Assembly: GCA_963839815.1 (NCBI GenBank)
Contig: CAWIWF010000005.1
Span: 30,045-94,044 of the forward strand
From: an uncultured Thermoleophilia bacterium
GTDB taxonomy: Bacteria > Actinomycetota > Thermoleophilia > Gaiellales > Gaiellaceae
Direction: 5' to 3'
Length of the DNA: 64,000 nt
The position numbers were made by a program, and so were the translations under genes. Numbering within the stretch: position 1 is the stretch's first letter; every line of letters begins with the position of its first letter. Under the pieces are notes generated by a model. It made no database searches. It was not told the origin of the DNA and saw nothing but the letters and a program-made list of their open reading frames with translations. Shown piece by piece: positions 55,679 through 64,000 of this stretch.

Positions 55679-56362
55679 TTACCGGACCCGCTCGATGTCG
55701 ATCTTGGCGACAGGCCCGCTCCACCCGTACACCTGCGGGCTGAGATCGCCGCCGCCCTGGATGCCGGGATGCATGCGGATCAGCTCGCCTTCCGGGTCGC
55801 GGACGAACGGGTTCCCGCAGCAGGGGCCCGGGATCGAGCTCGTGAGCTCGTTGTTCGCCTCGCTGCCTGCGTCGTAGGCCATGCGGTAGAGCGTCGTCCT
55901 CCGACCGTGCAGGTGCAGCGAGTCGAGCCCCGTGAAGCCGTCGTTCGTGTTCACGAGCATGGTCACGACCGAGAGGCGATCGAACGGCCCTCGTGTCTCG
56001 ACCATGTAGGTCGCCGAGGCGCCAGAGACGATCGGCCCGCCTGCGCCGGTTGTGGCGTTGGCGACCCCGTCGAGCTGGCTCAGGGCAGACTCGGCCGGCC
56101 CGTTGTTCGCATCCTCGGCAATCGCAGCCACCGGCGCGCTGGCGATCCCGCCCAGACTCCAGACCTCTGCCTTCTTCGAGTGGACGACGAGTAGCGGCGG
56201 CGACAGGGGTTGCGACCCCGGCCCGCCGGGACCAGGCGGCGTGAGGTTCGTGATCGTGACTCGCCAGGTCGTGCCGTGTCCGCCCGAGGCAGGCGCGCCG
56301 GGTGCGATCAGCAGGACCGAGGCGACCGTCGCAGCCAGGCCGAGCAGCAGAATCCTTTTCAT
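55679..56362 (-). CDS. secreted spondin_N domain protein
   Basis: SD AGGAGGA. Signal peptide MKRILLLGLAATVASVLLIAPGAPA. Contains PLSPPLLVVHSKKAEVWSLGGIASAPVAAIAEDANNGP...VNTNDGFTG, which resembles bacterial spondin N-terminal domain proteins (recognised from memory). Confidence 0.7.
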   Translation of the reverse strand: MKRILLLGLAATVASVLLIAPGAPASGGHGTTWRVTITNLTPPGPGGPGSQPLSPPLLVVHSKKAEVWSLGGIASAPVAAIAEDANNGPAESALSQLDGVANATTGAGGPIVSGASATYMVETRGPFDRLSVVTMLVNTNDGFTGLDSLHLHGRRTTLYRMAYDAGSEANNELTSSIPGPCCGNPFVRDPEGELIRMHPGIQGGGDLSPQVYGWSGPVAKIDIERVR

Positions 56363-56633
56363 GCGCTTCCTCCTCTTGAGCTTGGAGCCAGGCTAGGAGG
56401 AAGTGATTGCGCTCCACTTGCGCGCGGATGAACAGATCCTTAAGGGCGTTCGGCGACGCTACCGCGAGCGGGCCGTCCTCGCTCCTCGGCAGGGTCGAGT
56501 CGACCATGTCGACGCACGCGACGAGCTCATAGACAAGGAGTGCCGTACGGGAGCACGTCTGCTGACGCCCGGTGGCCACGGGCGCATTGATCGGCTCGCT
56601 CGAGCCTCGTAAGCTCCGTAGATGGGGAGGGGG

Positions 56634-56965
56634 ATGCAGAAGGCGACGTTCGTTCTCGCGGCGAGCGCCTTCGTGCTCGCCGTGCTCGGGGCGACGCCGG
56701 CCGGCAGCGCGGCGCGGGAGACGGCCCACGCGGCGGCCTCGGCGTTGAAGCATCCGCTCTACAGAGCAAACCTGCTCTCCGAGCCCAAGCAGGTCTCGGC
56801 GACCCGAGGCCCACGAGGGCCGCGAGGCCCGAGGGGCCGCGCGGCCCGCGTGGACTTCGAGGCATCGCCGGACCGGCGGGACCGCAGGGTCTCCAGGGCT
56901 CGGCCGGCCCGCAGGGGCCCGCCGGGCCAGCGGGGCCGCAGGGCCCCCAGGGCCCGCAGGGATAG
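56634..56965 (+). pseudogene. small secreted collagen-like (Gly-X-Y)n protein, apparent frameshift near 56838-56846
   Basis: SD GGGAGGGGG precedes ATG 56634. The signal peptide is [39 protein letters not shown] is in frame 3. After a 1-nt shift it continues [40 protein letters not shown] up to TAG 56963-56965. Confidence 0.6.
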
Positions 56966-57036
56966 CCGAACGGTCGGCGAGAACGCGGAACGCAACGTTG
57001 AGGGGCGTTTGGCCGCCGAGGGCTGGCCGGAGTGGC

Positions 57037-57762
57037 TCAACACCCCCTCGAAGGTCGGCCAGGTCGCGGCCGTGCGGATCCTGGCGCGCCCTCCAAGACG
57101 AGCTCGTCCAGTTCGGCAGGGTGTTCCCCTGGTGATGATCTCGACCCGACGGTCACGCCGGGCGGGTCGATCGAGAGTCGAGGCAGCAGAAGGTGAGCGA
57201 TCGGTCGAATGCAGAGCGCGTAGACGATCGTGACGACGCCCAGAGTGCCGCCGAGCAGGAAGCCGATCGCGACGACGGCGACTTCGATCGCCGTCCGCAC
57301 GAAACGGATCGACCTTTCCGTGACGCGCACGAGCGCGGTCATCAGGCCGTCTCTCGGGCCGGGGCCGAGGCGCACGCCGATGTAGGCGGCGGTGGCAACG
57401 GCGTTGAGCACAACGCCGGCGAGCGCCATGAAGGTTCTCGCGGCGGTGGCTTCGAGCTCGGGCACGACGGCGAGCGAGGCGTCGACCGCGATCCCGATGA
57501 CGACGATGTTGCTAGCTGTGCCGAGGCCAGGGCGCTCGCGCAGCGGTATCCAGGCGAGCAAGACCAAGGCGCCGACGAGGATCGTCACCGTACCGAAGGA
57601 CAGGCCGAGCTGCTCGGACAGTCCCTGATGGAGCACGTCCCACGGCATGTTGCCGAGGTCGCCGCGAACCATCAGCGCCATCGAGAAGCCATAGAGAGCG
57701 AGGCCGGCATACAGCTGGAGGAGTCGGCGAACGACGCGGTCAGTGGGCACGACTCTCCACAC
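57037..57762 (-). CDS. YczE/YitT-like integral membrane protein
   Basis: 241 aa with five or six TM segments. The N-terminus LLQLYAGLALYGFSMALMVRGDLGNMPWDVLHQGLS is typical of YczE-like proteins. The last ~40 residues are doubtful. Confidence 0.7.
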   Translation of the reverse strand: MWRVVPTDRVVRRLLQLYAGLALYGFSMALMVRGDLGNMPWDVLHQGLSEQLGLSFGTVTILVGALVLLAWIPLRERPGLGTASNIVVIGIAVDASLAVVPELEATAARTFMALAGVVLNAVATAAYIGVRLGPGPRDGLMTALVRVTERSIRFVRTAIEVAVVAIGFLLGGTLGVVTIVYALCIRPIAHLLLPRLSIDPPGVTVGSRSSPGEHPAELDELVLEGAPGSARPRPGRPSRGC

Positions 57763-57809
57763 GGATCTATATTGGCACAGTGCAATCGAGCCAATTGCGG
57801 GCGGGTGGC

Positions 57810-59237
57810 ATGGGGTCGATCTCAGCTGCGCGTCTCGCCGAGTTGCTGAGCCTAGAGCGCGACCGATGTGGTTCGGTTGAGATCGCCGCGCGCCTCCGCC
57901 GGCTGGTCGCCGACGGCAGGCTCGGCCTCGCCGTCGGTTTGCCTGCCGAGCGGGTCCTGGCCGCGCGGCTCGGGGTCAGCCGCGGCATGATCACCGCCGC
58001 CTACATGCAGCTTCGCCGCGACGGCTGGGCCGACGCGCGCCAGGGGGCAGGCACCTGGACGACGCTGCCCGACCGCGATGTCCACGCCGCCCCCTACGGC
58101 GGCGCGTGGGCGCCGGACGCCGGCCGTGAGGACGTGCTTGATCTCGCGCACGCTGCGCCTTCGGCGCCGTTGCAGCTCGCCCCGGCGTTCGCGGCAGCGC
58201 TCGACGCACTCCCGCGCCATCTGCCCGGTCACGGCTACCACCCGGCTGGGTTGCCGGAGTTGCGGGCGCGGATCGCCGAGCGCTACTCGACGCGCGGTCT
58301 CCGGACGGTGCCCGAACAGGTGCTCGTGACCTCAGGCGCCTTGCACGGGATCACCCTCGTGGTCGATGGGCTCGCGCGGCGCGGCGACCGCGTGCTCGTC
58401 GAGCATCCGACCTATCCGAACGCGCTGGCCGTCGTCCGCGCTCGAGGTGCCCGGCTCGTCGAGGCTTCCGTGGTGCCGGCGGATGCGTTTGCCGACGCCG
58501 CCGCGGAGATCGTGCGCAGCGCGCAGCCGCCCCTCGCCTATCTCATGCCTGACGTGCACAACCCAACCGGCCGCGTCCTCGATCCCCGAACAGGGGAACA
58601 GCTCGCGGCCGCGCTGAGCGCCGCACGAACCGCCGTGATCGTCGACGAGACTCTGGCCGACCTCCAGCTCGACTACCTTCCGGCGGGGTCTCCCGACACC
58701 TGGGTCAATGCCGTCCACGTCGGCTCGCTGAGCAAATCGGTTTGGGGCGGTCTCCGCATCGGCTGGCTCCGCGGCCGAGCCGAGCTGATCCGCACTCTCA
58801 CCGTGGCCGCGGCGAGAGCCTCACTCTCCGGGCCAGTCGTCGAGCAGCTCGCCGCCTGCCACCTCCTCGATGTGCTCGACGAGGTGCTGACCGCCCGCCG
58901 GATCGAGCTACGGGAACGCCGAGACTTCCTGCGCGCAACGCTCGCCTCACACCTCCCCGACTGGGACGTGCCGCTGCCCCCCGCGGGTCTCTCCCTCTGG
59001 TGCCGCCTCCCCGACCGGCGATCCAGCACCCTCGCCCTCGCCGCAGAGCAGCGCGGCCTCCGGCTCGCGCCCGGCCCGCTGTTCGGTACGGGCAGCGCGT
59101 TCGAGGATCGCCTGCGCATCCCCTTCACGCTGCCGAGCGAGCGACTGCAGAGAGCGGTGGAGATACTCGCGGAGGTCGACAGCAGCCCGCACCCGACCAC
59201 CCGAGCACGCCTCCGATCGGCCGAGCCCGTCGTCTGA
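57810..59237 (+). CDS. MocR/PdxR-type regulator (GntR HTH fused to class I aminotransferase-like domain)
   Basis: GntR wHTH LPAERVLAARLGVSRGMITAAYMQLRRDGWADARQGAGTW, then an aminotransferase fold (HPTYPNA...GSLSKSVWGGLRIGW). The start is ATG 57810 or GTG 57780. Confidence 0.85.
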   Translation: MGSISAARLAELLSLERDRCGSVEIAARLRRLVADGRLGLAVGLPAERVLAARLGVSRGMITAAYMQLRRDGWADARQGAGTWTTLPDRDVHAAPYGGAWAPDAGREDVLDLAHAAPSAPLQLAPAFAAALDALPRHLPGHGYHPAGLPELRARIAERYSTRGLRTVPEQVLVTSGALHGITLVVDGLARRGDRVLVEHPTYPNALAVVRARGARLVEASVVPADAFADAAAEIVRSAQPPLAYLMPDVHNPTGRVLDPRTGEQLAAALSAARTAVIVDETLADLQLDYLPAGSPDTWVNAVHVGSLSKSVWGGLRIGWLRGRAELIRTLTVAAARASLSGPVVEQLAACHLLDVLDEVLTARRIELRERRDFLRATLASHLPDWDVPLPPAGLSLWCRLPDRRSSTLALAAEQRGLRLAPGPLFGTGSAFEDRLRIPFTLPSERLQRAVEILAEVDSSPHPTTRARLRSAEPVV

Positions 59238-59691
59238 CCGACTAGCCGTGTGCGGGCGTCGAGACGTCGCGGCCGTCGGCAACGACTCTTGCGCGTACGG
59301 CGCGGCGAACCCCGCTTCCGCCCGCGTCGTGCGGGATGAGCGCGGGATGCGTCGTTGCCAAAGAGAGAGCGGCCGCAGGCATGTGCGCGGGTGACGGCTG
59401 CTGTGGCTGTGCTGCGAGCGGGCGCGTCGTCTGGGCTCCTCCAGGCGGTGGAGATGGGGGAGGTTTCGGTCACACCGCAGAGGGATCTTCACCTCGTGCC
59501 TGTGCATCAGGCGGCTCCGCTTCGCCTGCTCGTCGTGACGCGCCACTCCGGAGCGTCGGGGACGCCGGGTATCGCGCGCTCGTAGATCGCCGCGAGCAGC
59601 TCGATGTCGTCGCCCTGCTCGAGCGCGACTGAGCGCCGTCCACACAGCCCGCCAAGGAATACGATCTGATCAGGCTGCCGGAGGAGGGTTG

Positions 59692-62512
59692 ATGTCGCCG
59701 GCGTTGGAGGTCGTAGGGCGCGAGTCGGAGATCGATTCGGTTCACCACTTCTTGGAGGCAGTTCCAGGGGGACCGATCGCGTTGCTCATCGAAGGTGAGA
59801 TCGGGATCGGAAAGACGACGCTCTGGAGGGAGGGCGTCGCCGAAGCGGGTGAGCGCGGACTGCAGATGCTCACGAGCAGGCCGGTCGAGGCTGAGATCGC
59901 ACTGCCGTTCGCCGTGCTCGGTGATCTCCTCGGAGACGTGCCAGACGCTGCGCTCGGGCGGCTTCCCGACCCTCAGCGCGAGGCCCTCGAAGTTGCGCTG
60001 CTGCGAGCTGGAGCGAAGCGTGGAGGGTTGCAGCGCCGAGCGGTCGCGCTCGGCGTCCTCGGTGCTATTCGAGTGCTCGCCGAGGACACGCCGCTGATCC
60101 TGGCGATCGACGACACGCAGTGGCTCGACCCACCTTCGGCAGATGCCCTCGCATTCGCGGCCAGGCGATTGCGCGACGAGCCGGTCGGCTTCCTCCTCGC
60201 GCGCCGCGTAGAGGCGAGCGAGTCTCGCGTCGAGCTCGAGACCGCTCTGGGCTCTGACCGCCTGACCCGGCTCATCGTCGGCCCGCTCGACATCAGCTCA
60301 CTCGATCGTCTTCTGCGGGCCCAGCTCGGCAGGCAGTTTCTCCGTCCCGCGCTCGTCGAACTGCAGCGGGTTTCGGGAGGCAATCCGTTCTTCGCGCTCG
60401 AGCTTGGCAGGGCGCTGCTCACGCGCGATGTGTCCCCCGCGCCAGGGGAGCCGCTGCCGGTGCCGGCGACTCTCAACGAGCTCGTTCGGGAGCGGCTCGC
60501 CGGAATCTCAACCGCGGCGAGGGAGGTGGCGCTCGTTGTCTCGGCGCTCTCGCGGCCGACCGTCGAGCTCGTGGCTGCCGCCGCCGGCGGTGGGCGTGGG
60601 GCGGCCGCACTCGAGAAGGCGGCAGCCGCCGGAGTGCTGGAGGTCGGCGACGGCCGCGTTCGCTTTTCACATCCGCTGCTCGCCTCGGTCGTCTACGCGC
60701 AGACACCGCCGGCTCGAAGACGCGAATTGCACGCCCGCTTGGCGGCGATCCTCGACGATCCGGACGAGCAGGCGCTCCATTTCGCCCTCGCCGCGAGCGG
60801 TCCCGATGCCCAGGTGGCCGCGACCGTCGAGGATGCTGCCCGACGGGCACGAGCACGTGGCGCTCCGCAAGCCGCAGCGGAGCTTTGGGAACGGGCACGA
60901 ATGCTCACGCCGCCCGACGACGCCGACGCCTGGAGGCGGGCCATCGACGCCGGGGAGTGCCATCTCGAGGCGGGGGACACCGACCGGGCGCGACGTCTTC
61001 TCGAAGAAGTGGTGGCGCGTCTCCCTCCGGGTCGCGAGCGCGCCTTCGCGCTCACGCGCCTCGCGTGGGTCACAGGGTTCGGGAATGGCTACCGCGTCTC
61101 TGCCGATCTGTTCCGCGATGCTCTCGCGGAGATCGGAGACGATCCTGCGACGCGCATCGAGATCGAACGGGGACTCGCATGGAGCATCCACGCGACGGGT
61201 GACGTCGCGGCGGCCGAGGCTCACGCCCGTGCGGCGCTCGAGCTCGCCGAGCGTCTCGAGGAGCCCGGCGTGCTCGCAAGCGCACTGGCGGACATGGCCT
61301 TCTTTCAAACCATTCGCGGGCGAGGAATTCCAACTGCGCTCATCGAGCGCGCCCTGAGAGCTCGAAGACACGGCGGACGAGTGGAGGTCGATCCTCGGAC
61401 GTACCCGCCCCGCCTGGGTTCAGGGGATGCTGCTCGAGTGGGCAGGCGATCTCGACGCCGCTCGTTCGACGCTCACTGCGCTTCGCGACACCGTGCTCGC
61501 GCGCGGCGACGAGCACATCTTGGGCGACGTGGTAGACCACCTCGGTCGGGTCGAGTGCCTGGCCGGAAACTGGGAGCTCGCTTCGCACTACACCGCCGAG
61601 TTCTTCGAGCTCACCGTGCAGACCGCCCAGGTCACCGAGCGCCCGTTCGCACTGTCGACCAGGGCACGCGTCGATGCGCACCTCGGACGCGTGGCCGAAA
61701 CGCGTGCTGCCACCGACGAGGGCCTGCCGCTCGCGCTCGCAGTCGGCGTCGTCCCCGCCCACTTTGAGATGCTCGCAACCCGCGGGTTCCTCGAGCACTC
61801 GCTGGGCGAGGCTCGCGAGGCCCATCGTTTTCTCGGCCCCCTTCCCCGCGCAGTAGCCGAAGCGGGGTTCGGCGAGCCGGCGCTGTTTCGCTTCCACGGC
61901 GATGCGATCGAGACCCTCCTGGCACTTGGTGAGCCCGACGCCGCGAAGGCGCTCCTCGCCGAGTTGGAGGAACAGGCCCGTGCAACGGGCGGCGTGTGGG
62001 CGCTTACGGTCGCGAGTCGCTGCCGCGCGCTGCTCAGCGCAGCGGCCCGGGATAGCGATGCCGCGTACGCAAGCCTCGACCGCGCGCTCGAGCTACACGA
62101 ACAACTCCAAGAGCCGTTCGAGCGCGGGCGCACGCTCCTCGTCCGCGGGACGCTTCAACGCCGGGATCGCATGAAGCGTCCAGCCAGAGAGTCGCTGACG
62201 CAAGCTCTGGCCGTGTTCGACGAACTCGGCGCGCGGCTGTGGTCCGAGAGGGCTCGAGCCGAGTTGAGGCGGATCGGGGGACGGGCGCCGGCAACACCCG
62301 GCGCGCTTACGCCGACCGAGGAACGCGTCGCTGCCCTCGTCGCTGCCGGAGGCACGTACCGCGAGGTGGCGGACGCCTTGTTCATCAGCCCCAAGACGGT
62401 TCAGTGGAATCTCTCGAAGATCTACCGGAAGCTCGGCATTCGTTCCCGCGCCGAGCTCGCCGCCAAGCTGGCCGCCGGTCAAACGCCAGCCGTTCCGCCG
62501 GTTCCCGAGTAG
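59692..62512 (+). pseudogene. LAL-type LuxR regulator (AAA ATPase + TPR-like + LuxR HTH), apparent frameshift near 61352-61358
   Basis: SD GGAGGAGGG. Walker A GEIGIGKTTL. Frame 1 runs to ...GIPTALIERAL. It continues as ELEDTADEWRSILGRTRPAWVQGMLLEWAGDLDAAR in the frame of ORF 61427..62512, ending with the LuxR HTH LTPTEERVAALVAAGGTYREVADALFISPKTVQWNLSKIYRKLG. Confidence 0.85.
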
Positions 62513-62609
62513 GTCGTCGCCTCTCAAAACCGGCGGCTCCGCCGATTTCGCACTGGCTCGTGCCGGCTTACCGTCGCGTCAGGTGACTACGCACAGCAAA
62601 GGAGGAGTC

Positions 62610-63041
62610 GTGAACATCGCAAGCACCATCGGTCGGATCGCAGCGGTACTCGCCACGCTGAGCGCACTGACGGCGCTGGCAGGCGTCGCTCAGGCGGGAA
62701 CGTCGAGCATGTCGAAGGCCGACCGGGCGCTGATGCTCCGCAGCGAGGCGCTCAACCAGAAGCACGGGCTCGGCCAGCAGAGAGCGGTGTCCCAGGGCAC
62801 GACCGCTGCCGCGAACCGGGCGCTGATGCTCCGCAGCGAGGCGCTCAACCAGACGTACGGGCTCGGCAAGCAGAAGGCAGCCGCCGTTACATCGCAACCC
62901 ACGAACTCGACTCGGCGCTTCGCGTGGAGAGCTTTCGGGATCGGCGCCGCCGTGATGTTCGGTCTCGCGCTGTTCGCCGGCGGATTCTTCGTCCGCCGCC
63001 GGCTCTTTGCCACGCTCCCGCGGGCTCGCACCTCGCCATAG
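62610..63041 (+). CDS. small secreted/membrane-anchored protein with a 31-aa internal duplication
   Basis: Perfect SD AAAGGAGGA precedes GTG 62610. The signal peptide is IAAVLATLSALTALAGVAQA. The repeat (D/N)RALMLRSEALNQ(K/T)(H/Y)GLG(Q/K)Q occurs twice. A C-terminal TM segment FGIGAAVMFGLALFAGGFFV is followed by a basic tail. Confidence 0.65.
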   Translation: MNIASTIGRIAAVLATLSALTALAGVAQAGTSSMSKADRALMLRSEALNQKHGLGQQRAVSQGTTAAANRALMLRSEALNQTYGLGKQKAAAVTSQPTNSTRRFAWRAFGIGAAVMFGLALFAGGFFVRRRLFATLPRARTSP

Positions 63042-63092
63042 ACGACCGGAACGACTGGCACCGAGCGCTGGCGACGACTGGACGGCGTGCGC

Positions 63093-63124
63093 ATGAGAGG
63101 GGCGGCACTTGCTGCCCCTCTCAT
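63093..63124 (+). terminator. hairpin terminator after the small repeat protein gene
   Basis: ATGAGAGGGGCGG-cacttg-CTGCCCCTCTCAT, a 13-bp stem with one G-T pair. Confidence 0.6.
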
Positions 63125-63336
63125 CTGTCAGTCCGGCTCCGCCCGGCCCCAGCAACGGGACGTGCGGGATCAGCCCGGACGTGCGGTCAGCGCGGGATGG
63201 AAGCGACGAGCGGCGCCGCATGAGAGCGAAAGTCGCTCCAGACCCGGACTCGGGCAGGAACGACGCGGGATCCACGAAGGCCGGCGCGCGTTGTGCCTAC
63301 GCGAGCGAGAGAAGCCGTCGATTCGAGGGGACTTTA

Positions 63337-63410
<74 letters not shown>

Positions 63411-63449
63411 AGGCTCACGCCAGTGTAGCCGCGCCCGGCCCGGAGCACC

Positions 63450-63480
63450 CACCGCTTGCAACAGACTGTTGCAAGCGGTG
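63450..63480. promoter_or_regulatory. perfect 14-bp inverted repeat in the divergent tRNA-Asp / cvpA promoter region
   Basis: CACCGCTTGCAACA-gac-TGTTGCAAGCGGTG. It has lower GC than its surroundings and lies 40 nt upstream of the tRNA 5' end and 69 nt upstream of the cvpA ATG. Confidence 0.4.
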
Positions 63481-63548
63481 CGACAGGGCGCGCTTAACGG
63501 GCGACGCAGACCAGGCTCGCTGCTGCCCGGGGCCTCTAGCCTGCGGAC

Positions 63549-64000
63549 GTGACGACGTTCGACTGGGCGGCGCTCGCGCTGGCAGGGCTCGCCGCGCTCG
63601 CCGGCCTGCGCCGGGGGCTGCTCGTAAGCGCGCTGTCGCTCGTCGGGGTCGGTCTGGGGGCCGTCGTCGGCAGCCGGCTGGCGCCTCACCTGCTGCCCGA
63701 CGGCGCGGACTCGCCCTACACGCCGCTCGTCGCGCTCGCGGGCGCCGTCCTGCTCGCGTTCCTGCTCGAGGGCATCGGCGCGCTTGCCGGAGGCGCGCTG
63801 CGCCGGTCGCTGCCCTTCCGCTCCGCAAGGAGTCTCGACTCCGCCGGCGGGCTCGCGCTCGGAGCCGTCACGGGGCTCGCCGTAGTCTGGGTGCTCGGCG
63901 CCGTGGCGCTCCAGCTGCCCGCCAGCGCGAGCTGCGTCAGGCGGCCCAGCGCTCTGTCGTCCTCCAGCGCCTGAACGAGATCGTCTCGCCGAGAGTCGTG
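63549..64000 (+). pseudogene. cvpA: CvpA family membrane protein, 3' end outside window, apparent frameshift near 63915-63925
   Basis: MTTFDWAALALAGLAALAGLRRGLLVSALSLVGVGLGAVVGSRLAP...LGAVALQLP is in frame 3. The text continues as RELRQAAQRSVVLQRLNEIVSPRVV in frame 2 to the window edge. Confidence 0.7.

Noticed and set aside
56965-57233. ORF 56622..57233 could extend beyond the collagen repeats as a C-terminal domain.
   Set aside because: The distal part overlaps TM-encoding sequence of the convergent YczE-like gene and is Arg-rich. Only the stretch to ~57100 is possibly coding, and its frame is unresolved.
59470-59640. A minus-strand fragment reads ...ALEQGDDIELLAAIYERAIPGVPDAPEWRV in the 450-nt spacer between the MocR and LAL genes.
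   Set aside because: It looks protein-like but is under 45 codons, has no start or SD and is flanked by stops. It is at best a gene remnant and cannot be supported.

Overview
Very GC-rich chromosomal window whose gene content looks like Actinomycetota (PAC2, MMPL, PASTA, CvpA, heme A synthase; lineage not resolved). Genes are tightly packed on both strands. Most long ORFs on the opposite strand or in alternative frames are high-GC shadow ORFs and are ignored. About 55 genes can be supported. Housekeeping and metabolic genes include acs, a second acyl-CoA synthetase, nadE, proC, pgl, add, heme A synthase, M16/M24/M29 peptidases, an OsmC/SufS-like/epimerase operon, DNA glycosylases, a DEAH helicase, two MFS exporters, one MMPL exporter, an OmpR/HK pair, TetR, MocR and LAL-LuxR regulators, and one tRNA-Asp(GTC). 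No transposase, integrase, cas gene or phage gene was seen. The most interesting locus is 22.5-25.2 kb. It holds an XRE-HTH+TPR regulator followed 17 nt later by a 40-codon ORF with a strong SD, a signal-peptide-like N-terminus and a His/Met-rich tail, which is the layout of RRNPP receptor/propeptide cassettes. Next to it lies a ~0.85-kb non-coding array of 176-225 bp tandem repeats full of inverted repeats, with a near-consensus promoter pointing into it. Other notable content: two paralogous secreted proteins built from 6-7 tandem Cys-rich 'xxICK...FTN' modules; a large secreted protein with a Pro/Thr linker and a duplicated C-terminal module; a ~900-aa Glu/Arg/Ala coiled-coil protein coupled to a kinase-less 5xPASTA membrane protein; a Mug-NUDIX fusion; and a collagen-like (GXY)n protein beside a spondin_N protein and a two-component system. 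At least 13 apparent single-base frameshifts interrupt otherwise clear genes, including nadE. This argues for assembly indel errors rather than biology, but that needs checking.
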